A DNA stretch of 63,800 nucleotides, the filler included, from Reticulomyxa filosa (lineage: Eukaryota; Protista; Foraminifera), in NCBI GenBank assembly GCA_000512085.1. It is 23 parts of 23 records of this genome, joined end to end, with 100 filler letters (N's around TTAATTAATTAA, not from the genome) between each part and the next. Parts side by side here need not be neighbours in the genome. Positions count along the whole stretch, not along the records: positions 1 to 1,550 come from ASPP01004641.1; positions 1,651 to 3,361 come from ASPP01025637.1; positions 3,462 to 6,079 come from ASPP01020836.1; positions 6,180 to 10,394 come from ASPP01026721.1; positions 10,495 to 13,653 come from ASPP01000772.1; 18 more parts are not named here. The stretch is one strand, 5' to 3'. Position 1 is the first letter of the stretch. Each line of letters begins with the position of its first letter. Below, piece after piece: positions 1 through 11,811 of the stretch. Both the position numbers and the translations under genes were made by a program. The notes under the pieces were generated by a model, which was not told where the DNA came from, made no database searches, and worked only from the letters and a program-made list of their open reading frames with translations.

Positions 1-42
1 AAAAAAAAAAAAAAAATTTGGAGGGGAGGAAGCAACAAAGTA

Positions 43-1550
43 CCATAGCCTTTCTGCAACGCGCCGACAGCTTCGGCGGTGTAATGGGGTGTAATCAAAG
101 CAATGAGGATGCCCCATTTCTTGCGTCTGCGCAACTCGAAAGCTTGTCCTAACAAATCGCCAATTGCAGAGTGAGGAAGCAATGGCAGTTTGGAAATCAA
201 TTTGTTGATCAAATCTTCGTGCAGATTTCCTTTGAAGTCGCCCATTCGCCGACGCTTAATAGACAGGAAAGCGGGATCAGCGTAATACAATACACTCGCC
301 AAAACGTCTCCCATGATGAAGTCCATCACATAGGTACACAGCTCTCGAACCAAGGGATTGGACTGTGATATTTAATACAAGAGTTGTACATACTAATTAT
401 GTTATATACATACATATACATATATATGTATATGTACATATATATATCAAAGGACTAACAAAAAAAAAAAATAATAATAAAGTACCAAATGTTGCGAAAT
501 GTGCGATTTTAAAAATTCCAAGCGAAACGAGGTGGATTTGTTAGTAGTGGTTGGACTGATAGACGACGATGTAGAGGAGATGGGGGAGGTAGGGGACACA
601 CTGGACGACGACGACGACGACGACGACGAGACGAGATAATTGCGAATGGGTTCGCCGTCGGAGTCGATAATGCTTTTAACAAAAGAATGGAACGCCAAAG
701 CGCCCAGCTTGGACACACGTTGCAAAATGGGGATATACGTGGTGACATTGTCGGGGAAGTCTTTCCACAAGGCTACAAACTCTGCCGAAGTATTGCGAGC
801 AGGCATTTTGCCAGAGGACAAAATGGTATTCATTTCTTTTCCAACATCCCCAACCAAGGCTAATAACATGTTGCCAAGCATGCCCTCGCTGCTGACGATT
901 TCCGTTTCTCCTAATTGCATATTACTTTGAATGGGGATTTTTTTGTCATTTTCAGGAACATTTTTTTCTTCTGTTTTCGATTCGTTTGCAGCATATGCAA
1001 AAAATAAACGGCCAAAGAGATTGCCTCGGTTTTGTTGTGCCGTGTCATTTGTCTTTTCATTTGATTTCAATTCAATTTCCTTGATTTGTTTTCCCAGGTC
1101 GTCGTGTTCAGTTTGAGCTGTTTTCAAAGCTTTTTTCATATCTGCCGTTTCGCTTTTCAGCCGTTCAAAGATTTCGTTTCTTTGCTTGCAATTGGCGGCC
1201 TCATTCTCCAGCGCCTTCATCAACGCATTTGTTTCCATGGTGCGCACCACCATCAAAGCATCGTTGATGCCATAGATGTTCACAGCATCTTTGGCCGCCG
1301 CCAGCAGCTGCAGCAGTTCAGTTTTCGTATCGTGACCACGAATGCATTCGGACATGAGCTTCTCCGCCTTTTCGCCACGTCCCAATTGTTCCAAGATTGG
1401 AATCACCTTCACCACGATATCTGTATTCTCGTCTTCTTGCGGCTCGATCACGTCGACACTGTTACTAGTGCTACCACTCAGTGAGGCCCTTTGTGTCCTC
1501 CTCTTTGTTGTCGCATTGTTATTGTTATTACTATTATTATTATTATTATT
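43..1550 (-). CDS. Partial spliced gene, coiled-coil protein of unknown function
   Basis: Long ORF 447-1451 with a coiled-coil segment and Ser-rich tract. A GT..AG intron (~365-485) containing (TA)n leads to a further open exon reading SNPLVRELCTYVMDF...ALQKGY. Confidence 0.6.
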
Positions 1551-1650
1551 NNNNNNNNNNNNNNNNNNNNNNNNNNNNNNNNNNNNNNNNNNNNTTAATT
1601 AATTAANNNNNNNNNNNNNNNNNNNNNNNNNNNNNNNNNNNNNNNNNNNN
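1551..1650. other. Artificial contig-joining spacer (first of 22)
   Basis: N44-TTAATTAATTAA-N44 (stops in all six frames). Identical copies start at 1551, 3362, 6080, 10395, 13654, 15731, 20334, 22004, 24520, 26222, 27323, 30009, 31369, 35417, 39695, 41052, 47691, 49928, 52227, 53940, 58877 and 62492. Confidence 0.98.
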
Positions 1651-2152
1651 CATGTGCATGTTTTTCTTTGTTGTTGGTCTTTACAAATATGGAGAAAAAA
1701 AACATCCATTTTAGCAATACATCCTCAACTTTCTTTTTTGAAGTTAGCAGTTGATGTTGAAAGAGTCTCAAAAATCAAATGGATTAAGCTTTCTTGCCCT
1801 GTGGATTAAATTAACCTTTTTTTTTTTTTGACAGTCTCGCCGAAGTGACAGTACAATTCTAAATTACTCAGATTAACTTTCAAAAAACAAACAATTACAA
1901 TTTCCTTGTAGATTCAGATGAGCAATTGAGGAAAAAGTATTGATTGCAAAGAAAAGTGATTAGTTTGTTTAGGACGGAATTGACAAAGAGTGGTAAATTT
2001 TTTAATGATCCAAAATTTATTTGTATGTATCAGGTATTCACAAAAGAACAATTGTAATGACATAAAAAGCCATGCGCAAACCAGTAACAAGTGATAAAGA
2101 TTGACAAAGGAGGAACAAAAGAAAATGACAACAACAATTGTCTGATATAGAA

Positions 2153-3224
2153 TCAAATTTTTGATATGCGTGCTAATTGTGCAAATATTTCTTTGAAGGA
2201 AGGCCGCGCAAAAGAAGACTCATCCCAGCAGTCTTTCATTAGTTGATCTAGACCAGGAACGCAAGTAATTTTGGAATTTGTGACGACAGGACGTAGTCCT
2301 TTGGTCGCGACCAAAGCGGCGACTTGTTGAATTTGTAAGTGATCGTAAGGTCTTTCTTCGGCAAAGAGTTCATACAAACTAATGCCAAACGCGTAGACAT
2401 CGGACTTACGACTGTAGTGATTGCGCGTAATGCACTCTGGAGCCAGCCAACGGATAGGAACCCCAGCGGAGCCATCATTGGGATCACTCTTTTCTTCTTT
2501 ATCTTTTAATTGACTCATTCCAAAATCGGCAATTACAACGCGATAATTTTCCGATACAAGCAAATTCCGCGTCTGTAATAAATTGTGTTAATGTGTGTTA
2601 TTTATACATATATACATATACATATATGTATATATATATATATGTATATGTGTATATATGTATATATTGGTGTTGTGTATATATTCAATTGTTTCATAAC
2701 GCTAATATCTCGGTGAATCACGCCAAATTCGTGCAAATGCATTATTCCTGAGGCCTATGTGTCGACCATCCACAAATATAACACAATTCCAAAAAAAAAA
2801 AAAAAATATATATATATATTTATATGCATATATGTATGTATACAAACTGCTTGCTTTGCCATATCTAATTTGGTATTATTATTCAGTTTCAACTTATTTT
2901 TTGAATGAAACAAAATATCGTATAACGACCCCTTGGCATAGTATTCGGTGACAAGGCAAATGTGCCCTTCGCTGGTGCAAATGCCGACAAATCGCACAAT
3001 GTTTTGATGTGGGCCGACCAACTTCATGATTTTGGCTTCTCGACGAAATTGTTCGATCTGAGCCGGCTTCATATTCTGGTTATGCAACACCTTCACCGCC
3101 ACAGTCTCATTTCGATATGTGGTCTTAAACACCTTGCCAAATCGTCCCTGTCCAATCTGTTGTGCCTTTGACATATTCAGTAATTCGTATTTGATTTCAT
3201 CTTCCGGTCCTAATGTCCGATGCA
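2153..3224 (-). CDS. Protein kinase (TKL/tyrosine-kinase-like), 3' part
   Basis: Exons 3224-2848, 2754-2701 and 2572-2153 joined by GT-AG introns give GQGRFGKV, VAVK, HRDISTRN, DFG, PIRWLAPE, SDVYAFG and CW...RPSF. Confidence 0.9.
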
Positions 3225-3307
3225 CTGATAACATATATATATATATATATTTTAAATTTATTTATTTGTTTGTTTATTGTTATCTCTTGCTAATGCATAT
3301 ATGTATA

Positions 3308-3338
<31 letters not shown>

Positions 3339-4527
3339 GTATAACGTAAAAACCTTTTAGTNNNNNNNNNNNNNNNNNNNNNNNNNNNNNNNNNNNNNNN
3401 NNNNNTTAATTAATTAANNNNNNNNNNNNNNNNNNNNNNNNNNNNNNNNNNNNNNNNNNNNGAAAGAATTGTGATTTCATCCAACAAAAAAAAAAGTTAT
3501 TAAAAGACCAATTTCATATTAAAAAACTACAATATTTGTATATATTTTTTAAAAAAATAATTAGGTCTAAATGTTGATTTTTCATGGAGAAAATCAATTA
3601 TCATCATAAGATATCGTTTTATGCGTTCAGTTTTCTTTGCAACAACTGTACTTACTTAATTATATGTGCTTTTAAATGAATTATGCTTCAGAACAAAATT
3701 TACACTTACATAAATATAATTTTAAAGTTGTTGGCTATTAACAAATTAAAAAAGTAAAAGCCTAAAAAGAATAAAAAAGGAAAGCGATGAAAGGAAAAGG
3801 AGTTTGTGTCAGGCGGCACTGACCAAACTTGAACTTTTTTTCTTTTCTTTTCATCACTTTCCTTTTTTATTTTTTTAGGTGCCGAGGGCAACAAAAATGG
3901 TTTGTTTTGTAATTTTCGAAATCTGATATAGTTTTGATAAAAATTGAATTTACTATAGAAAATTTTTTGTGGATAAAAAAATTGAGTGGTGTGGTTGTTT
4001 GCTGCGTTTTGTGTGATCTTTAATTATTTTTGTTGTTATGTTATTTGAACGATGATAATTTGTTTTGTGTTATTAATTTAGTGATTGTATTCAAACTAAG
4101 CTTTTTTTTTTGTGAAAACTTTTCTAGTGAGAAAGTGAAAAGGATTTTAATGTGTAAAAAATGATTTTTATTTTTTGGTGTTTTTTGCGCTCATTCTACT
4201 TGTAGTGTAAATCTTGTTAGTAATAAAAATTGGAATATAAGCACAGACTGAAGCTTTCAGTATTTGTTGGTATACCAGAATCACTTTGGTGAATGACATT
4301 GTAAGTGAATTAAACGTGTGTCAAATTAACCAACGTAAAAAACAAATATTTGACAATCACAAGACCTAAAAGCTGAACATACTCGCAAACAGCTTGAGAT
4401 TCGATTTCAATTCACTGAAAAAGTAAAAAAATACCTAGAGCAAGATAATATGAAATAGCTAAAAAAAACAAAAATAAAAGCAGAACGAAAACAAAAAAAA
4501 CAAAAATAGGGAAGAAAGGAATACATA

Positions 4528-6052
4528 TTATGCAATGTTTTGATCATCCAATTTAACAATTTTGGTTCGTTTCTCCTTTTGCCTAGGTTTATTATCAGGT
4601 GTGGTAGTAGTACTTGATTTTTCAGATTTATCAATAGAATTAGTTGCTTGTATAGCTTTCGGACTATTATTTGAATCAATGCTGGTCCTATGTGTTCTGG
4701 GTTTTGCATTGGCATTTTGAATTCTCTCACGAATTTGGCGTCGAACACTTATGTAATGTTGCTGCAGTATGTCTTGATCTCGTTTCTGTGCACTTATCAG
4801 TGCTTGCTTCAATGCCTCCAACTGCTCACGTCCAGGATTTTCTGGCAAGAATTGATCAATAGTCTATGAACATATTTATTCATGTATGTACATTATATGT
4901 TATATACACATGTATATATACATATATATGTATGCGCATAAAAATGTATATCCTTTCAAAAAAAAAAAGTAAAAAAAAAAAAAAATAAAGATAAATACCA
5001 AAGTGTCCAAATTCGAAGGTTCCAAAACGCTTCTAACAATCCATTCCTTAGATCGGATGTTGTCGTCCTTGTTTATTTCAAACAGTTGCCAATTTTGAAG
5101 TGGTTCATTTTCATTGGCTATTTTGAAAAGTTAACAAGTATATATTTTCGAGTTATGTTAAAAATGGCCAAGCCATTGAGGAAAAAAAAAATTTGTGGCA
5201 TGATACATAAGTATTATCAATATACGTACATCATTTTCCCCTCCCCCCCCCCCCCCCCCCCTCCCTCTCCCTCTCCCTTCATCCCAACGTAACAAAAATA
5301 AGGGGACGACTTGAATTGAGGATTATCGGAATCGAATTTGGGGAGTGTTGTAATGTGTCCCTTTGTTGAATGAGGAGGAAGAAGAGGATGCGAAGGAGTT
5401 TGCGTTGCAGCAGGTGTGGGTGTGTTTGTGTTTGAGTACGAAGGAGTAGGTGTAGTAGTGGCGGAAGTGGAGATGGAATTTGCGGATTTGCCATTTGCAT
5501 TGGATCCATTCGATTGGATTTGGTTTTGGATCGTAGCCACGTCCATCCGAATAATCGTTTGCCACTCGTTGGGACTAGTCACACCGCTGGAGCGCTTTTC
5601 ATTATTGTGAGCACGACCACTGTGATGGTCTTTTTTTTTTTGTTGCTATTGGGACCATGACTATGACGATGACTACTATGGTCGTGATCATGCGTATGAT
5701 TATGATCATGCGTATGAGTATGAGTGTGGGAATGAGTATGAGAATGAGAATGGTCATGGCCGTGACCATTATCAGTACAAGGCTTGGGGTCACTAACTTT
5801 TGGATTTGAATGTTTGCCTCTTTTTTGCATGCGAAATTGTTCAATCAAAGGCATGGAGTTGACTACCAACGCCTCCGTGATCGACCGCTTTCCCGCGCCT
5901 TTAATGAATTTGTGTTGCAGCAGTTCCTCCGCGCTGGCGCGTTCATTCGCATTCATCATCAAGCATCTCCGCAGAAAGTCGTGCAGCGCGCTGCTCCACT
6001 TTTTCTTATCGTACAGTGTTGGTGGATCGTTCGTTGGAATTTTCAGCAACGC
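4528..6052 (-). CDS. STE20-family (MST/Hippo-like) kinase, C-terminal part with His-rich tract and SARAH-like coiled coil
   Basis: ALLKIPTNDPPTL...WSSALHDFLRRCL...ERASAEELLQHKFI matches STE20 subdomains X-XI. Several spliced exons, with a probable slip in the poly-T near 5631-5642. The last exon (4863-4528) resembles a SARAH domain. Confidence 0.75.
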
Positions 6053-6403
6053 CTATTTTTTTTATAAAAAAGAAAAAAANNNNNNNNNNNNNNNNNNNNN
6101 NNNNNNNNNNNNNNNNNNNNNNNTTAATTAATTAANNNNNNNNNNNNNNNNNNNNNNNNNNNNNNNNNNNNNNNNNNNNAAAAAAAAAAAAAATTTTCAA
6201 CTTAATCATTGTGCTATTCTTTGAAACATTGAGACATTTTGGTTTCCAGCAAGCTTTTATCGATATATCTTTGCAATATATAGTGATCTTGTGTGTAAAA
6301 CAAAGAAACTTTCCAGAACAAACAGCCAAGAACACTATCAGAACAATATATAAGATATATATTGGCGTCTCTCTGGAACGTGTAGCAGCACATTGAGGCT
6401 ACA

Positions 6404-7987
6404 ATGACTTCAAATAACACTCAGTTTATGAGGTCAGTGTATGCAACTAAATCACTGAATAGGAAAAGGAAAAGATTACCAGATAATGAAAACGATAGTA
6501 CAAATCAATTGTATCAACATAATAATAAAAGGTATAAGATGGAATTTAAAACAAATCATTTAGAAAAAATAGTTGAGACCAATGAAGAAGAAGAAAAAAT
6601 AGATAAAGGAAATGATATAAAGTGTAATATAAATGAAGAAAAAAAGAATGAGGAAATAAATGAAGAAAATGTTTGGAAAAAAAGCAGAAAAGTTAGACGA
6701 CAATTTTTTTGCAATAATTTTCCAACACTAGTTATAACACCTGTCAAAGGACGGATGCTGCTATCTGCATCATCTTTAATCCGTTTTATGAATATAGATT
6801 CAAAGTATATTAGGCAAAAAATAAAAGCACATACACACTCAGAAAATTGGAGGACTCTTTATGTTCATTTGTACAAAAGTGTTCAAAATTCAGAGCTAGA
6901 AGAGATTGCAAGTCGATTCAATGAGATACACAATAAAGAACTTGCTCAAAATCTTCCAAAAGATGATAATGAAATGCAATTTGTGACACCAAAATGCTGT
7001 ATATTTCAAAAATCATATCAAGAAGAAGTAAAAAAGAAGAGGGTTGAAGATGTAAACAATCCAAATGTGAATCGTTATGTACTTCTTAAAAATATAAATA
7101 TACGAGAATCAGAAAAAGAAATTCTCGACTCACTAGCAGAGTATAAATATAATGTACAACAAATTCAACGTTTCAAAGGACTTCCAATAGTAAAAGTGTT
7201 AATGCCATCAGCGGAAGAAGTAAAACGTATTCTAGATGACAATAACATTTTTATTGGATACAGACAAGTGAAATGTGAAATATTTGACCAAAATCGTCGC
7301 CGCCCAAGGAAAGCATTCAAACAATGTCGGAAATGTTATGGTTTAAATCATATTGCAAATGATTGCAATAAAAAATCAATATGTAAGTACTGTGGAAAAA
7401 TGAATCATAGCTCAGATCAATGTAAGTTCAAGAAATCACCAAAGAAGCACCATTGTGTGTTATGTAAAGGCAATCACAGAAGTGATTCATTGATCTGCCC
7501 AAAAACTAAGGATATCAGACATAAACTTGGAATATCTTTTACGAGACGTGAAAATGAAATAATTAATAAAAAAACGAATCAAGCAAATAGTCAAAATCAA
7601 AATAATAACAAGTCTGTTATAAAATTCAAGACAAGTCCAAACAAAACACCACATTTTCAAAATACTGATAAACAAAAATTACCTCCAAATCAAAATAATA
7701 ATCACAAAAAAGAGTCTAAAGACAAATTGGGGTCTACATCTAATATTAGAGCCAACAAAAAAGATAATACAAATAATAACTCATATACCAGCTATAAAAA
7801 TGATGAAATAGCTTCTCTGCGCGCAGAAGTTGCAAATTTAAAAAGTACAGTTGAAAAATTAAATATATTCATTGATAAAATGATACCACTGATTGAGAAG
7901 AATTCAAAGTTTGGAGCCATTAATTTATCAAATGATACACCTAGTAATGCAAGTGAAACAACAGATGAAAATATGGATCAATGGTAA
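6404..7987 (+). CDS. LINE ORF1, gag-like nucleic-acid-binding protein
   Basis: Three zinc knuckles (CRKCYGLNHIANDC, CKYCGKMNHSSDQC, CVLCKGNHRSDSLIC) after an RRM-like region, plus a C-terminal coiled coil. Confidence 0.9.
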   Translation: MTSNNTQFMRSVYATKSLNRKRKRLPDNENDSTNQLYQHNNKRYKMEFKTNHLEKIVETNEEEEKIDKGNDIKCNINEEKKNEEINEENVWKKSRKVRRQFFCNNFPTLVITPVKGRMLLSASSLIRFMNIDSKYIRQKIKAHTHSENWRTLYVHLYKSVQNSELEEIASRFNEIHNKELAQNLPKDDNEMQFVTPKCCIFQKSYQEEVKKKRVEDVNNPNVNRYVLLKNINIRESEKEILDSLAEYKYNVQQIQRFKGLPIVKVLMPSAEEVKRILDDNNIFIGYRQVKCEIFDQNRRRPRKAFKQCRKCYGLNHIANDCNKKSICKYCGKMNHSSDQCKFKKSPKKHHCVLCKGNHRSDSLICPKTKDIRHKLGISFTRRENEIINKKTNQANSQNQNNNKSVIKFKTSPNKTPHFQNTDKQKLPPNQNNNHKKESKDKLGSTSNIRANKKDNTNNNSYTSYKNDEIASLRAEVANLKSTVEKLNIFIDKMIPLIEKNSKFGAINLSNDTPSNASETTDENMDQW

Positions 7988-10394
7988 ATCATCTTAAAAT
8001 ATATCAAAACAATATAAATGGCTTCTATTCGAAGTCACTAATTTTAGAACAAAATCTATCTAATTCACAACCGCATATTTGTCTGCTTCAAGAATGTTTT
8101 CGTTCTGAGAAGCATAATACAGATTATCACTTTCAATATTTGTATAATCATTATTGGAGCGAAACAGGAAGAACTGGAATTCTTTGCAGAAGAGATATTC
8201 ATTCAACTAAAAGATCGTTCTACTCACATCCATACAAGTTTGATATGTTAGGATATGAATCTTGTTGGATAGAAGTATCATATCCAGGTCAAAATAAACC
8301 ACTATTATTCTGTAGTATTTACAGAAATATTCAAAAACACGAAGTAATTCTACAAGAAGATACAAAAGAAAATAAGGAGGACAGTATACCTTTTAATAAC
8401 CAAGCATTCTATTTGTGTGATTTCGAAAAAGAATTGTCAGCTGCCAAAAAAATTAGTGACAATATTATAATAGGAGGAGATTGGAATGCACATCATCCCG
8501 CATGGCTAGATAAAAATGTCGATAAAATCGGAGAGTCCATTCTTGATTTCATCATTGCAAATAATTTGCATATCTTAAATTCATATCCATTTGATTGCAC
8601 ATATTATAAAGAAAATTCTTCATCATGCATTGACGTAACACTATGTTCTTCATCACTGGCAGGTCTTTGTTGCGATTGGAGAACAGACGATTATGAACTA
8701 GATGCGCACTCTGATCATTTACCTATCTCTTTCAATATTCTTGCACAATGGGCACCTCAACATATTAAACGACAAAAAATTGTTACTTGGAATCTATCAA
8801 GTAATGGTTGGGAGTTATTTCGACAATATTTAAGTAATAATTTAAAAGAATGGACAAATACACTAATTAACACATCCCAAAATTCACCAGATGCTCTAGA
8901 TCAAGCAGTAGAATCTTGGAGCCAGTATGTTGTTGATACCGGGAAAGCCACAATAGGACAAAAAGTTAGTTGGAAAGGAAACAAACCTTGGTGGAGTAAT
9001 AAACTACATAGGCTACGTAAGAATGTGCATCAATTGAAAAGAAAATTTAGAAAATATAGAACATCGGAAAACTACGAAAGATATAAAGAAGCTGCTCTAT
9101 CATTCAAACGTATACTCCGATGTGAAAAACAAATGCATATTACAAAAAGTATAGAGTCACTACATGAAAATAACACAAAACAAATGTTTTGCCAGTTTAG
9201 GTCTTTAAATTCAAATAAAATTGCAATAATTCCATCATTAATAAGTCCAGAAACAGATGGAGTGAAATACGCAATTGCTGAAACTGATATCGAAAAAGCA
9301 AATCTATTAGCTAACTGGTTTGCCCAACCACCACAACCTCCAAAACCATCAAATGAAAATAAGGAACATTATGAATATGTTGAAGACGAAATTTGCTCAG
9401 TGGTTCAAATGTCAAAAGAAACCGAATTAAGTGAATGGTACTTAATGGATGCATGGTATCAATCAGAGATCACTGAAGAAGAAGTTATTGAAGCTATAAG
9501 GCATATATCTGCATACAAATCACAAGGTCCTGATAATATTCATAATTTGATGTTAAAAAATGGAGGGCAAAGCTTGATCAATTCACTAGTGTTACTTTTT
9601 GGATGGAGCTACAAAATTGGTTATTTTCCAAAGGCATGGAAAATAGCAAATATTGTTGCGATACCAAAACCAGATCGTGATCCAACAATTTGTAAAAATT
9701 ACAGGCCAATATCATTGCTATCATGTGTAGGAAAACTGATGGAACGAATTATAACAATGAGACTAATGAAATATTTAAATGAAAATCAAATGCTTCACCA
9801 ATGTCAAGCAGGTTTTCAATCTTGGCACAATACATCAGAATTACTGCTGCGTTTATCAGAATCAATACATGCGTCGTTTGATAAAAATGGAGTGACTTAT
9901 GCAGCTATGTTAGATATTTCATCAGCATATGATAGCGTGTGGCGCGATGGCCTACGATATAAAATGCGGAATGAATTTAACCTTTGTGGTAGGCTATACT
10001 GGTGGATTGATAGTTTTCTGTCAGAAAGAAAAGGACATGTTGTCATAAACGGGACCAGTTCATCAATATATAATTTCAACACTGGAGTACCTCAAGGGTC
10101 ATCATTGTCCCCATTATTGTTTCTACTGTACATTAATGATATATCATATGAGGTCCATGAACCAATTCAATGTGGGATGTTTGCAGACGACGTAGCGCTG
10201 TGGACATCAATTTATACGTCAAACATGACAGAAATGAACCATCAACTGCAATTACTTCAACAAAGCCTTGATAGGATTTCATTATGGGCATCAAAATGGA
10301 AGCTAGTATTATCTTCAGAAAAATCACAGTGCATTACATTTCGTAATAAAAATAAAAGAAAGTATCCTGCAATATCCCTTCGTCTTAAGGATGC
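7981..10394 (+). CDS. LINE ORF2, AP endonuclease + reverse transcriptase (partial)
   Basis: APE motifs QNNING, LLQE, GGDWNAHH, IDVTL, SDHLPI. RT motifs KSQGPDNI, YRPISLLS, QAGF, LDISSAYD, GVPQGSSLSPLLF, FADD. Confidence 0.97.
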
Positions 10395-11811
10395 NNNNNN
10401 NNNNNNNNNNNNNNNNNNNNNNNNNNNNNNNNNNNNNNTTAATTAATTAANNNNNNNNNNNNNNNNNNNNNNNNNNNNNNNNNNNNNNNNNNNNTTTGGA
10501 GAACAAATGAGATAATGCAAATATTAAGTTATCCACAGCAATAAAAAAAATTTATTCCAATAGATGAAATAACATGCACAACAAGTTATTTATTGTTTAA
10601 AAAATTTTTAAATTTGTTGAAATAGATCATTACAATTCAAAATTTGGATAAAACTTGAATTATTTCATTTTGCATTTTGTGTTAGATGACAAGCATATTA
10701 TATTTAGGAATTATCAATTATGTAAAAGGAGATAAAATGGAAGTGTTATGAACATACATTATTGATTTATTTAAAAATATCGATGAAAATCATCAAGAAA
10801 AAAATCATTATGTAAACCAAGAAATCAAGGCTATTGTGTATTAATTGTTTTTCGACTTTATTGTTTATTTGTAACTCCATTTTTTAAAAAAATATAATAA
10901 AAATGTTTTGGGCTTTTTCTTTTCTTAAACAAGACTTTTTGTGAAAATGAAAAAGATTAAAGAAAAAACCATGTTGCCTTGAATGTGGAGGAGAAAAAAA
11001 AGTTGTAGTTTTTTCTAATTCTTTTATCTTTATTTCATTTATCAAATTTTGTTATTTTTACTTCGGTGTCAATGTCTTTTTTCAAGTGCATACCTTGCTT
11101 CAAATAAGTTTCGAAGCTGATTAAAGGTATTTTACTTTGAAAGTAACAATGCTCACTTTCAAAATTTTAATTTAAAAAGAAAACTATTGAATTTTTGGTT
11201 TGCGCCCATCGATGTCGTGAGGTTTGTGTACCAGTAATTTTGAGTGCGCTGTCAGCACGATAAAAATAGCTATTTCAAGTGAATTTTGTTTTAAAATGTT
11301 TACTGTTTTTTTTTGCAATACAATGAATTGCTTCTTGCATATTTGTGAATAAAGGTAGCAATAAGAAATTAAAAAATTGTCAGTATAGCGCTTTTGAAGG
11401 TTTGAAGTTACTTTTCTACGGAGTTTTTCGTCGGCAAGCCGGGAATAAATTTTTTTTTTCCTAATCTTTGATTTGAAGGAACGAGCTCAATGATGCTAGA
11501 TAAAAAAAGGAAAAAACTGGAACTATGCATTTTTTAAGAAACTCTTAAATTCATCATAATTTATTGTTGCATTTTCAATTTTAAAATGTATTATTATTTA
11601 TTAATTTGTTGAATTTGTTGTTATGGAGTATTTTATAAAATCAATTAAAATTATAGGATTACAAGGGATGGTTCAGTTTTTTTTGTCTTTTGGTGACAAA
11701 CTACAAAAACTTGTTTTGTGGCTCTAAGTAAAGTTTTGCTCTTTTGTTAAAAGTTGACGTCAGTTTCTGTTATGGTAACATTAGGAAAAAAAAGACTGAC
11801 AAACTTCTCTT

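Larger units (their letters stand above)
6180..10394 (+). mobile_element. LINE (APE-type non-LTR retrotransposon, I/Jockey/Tad1-like organisation), 3' end cut by contig end
   Basis: Intronless; short 5' leader, gag-like ORF1 and overlapping APE-RT ORF2. Confidence 0.95.

Noticed and set aside
1595-1606. Regularly recurring TTAATTAATTAA as a CRISPR-like or biological repeat
   Set aside because: Always centred in identical N runs; it is an assembly linker.
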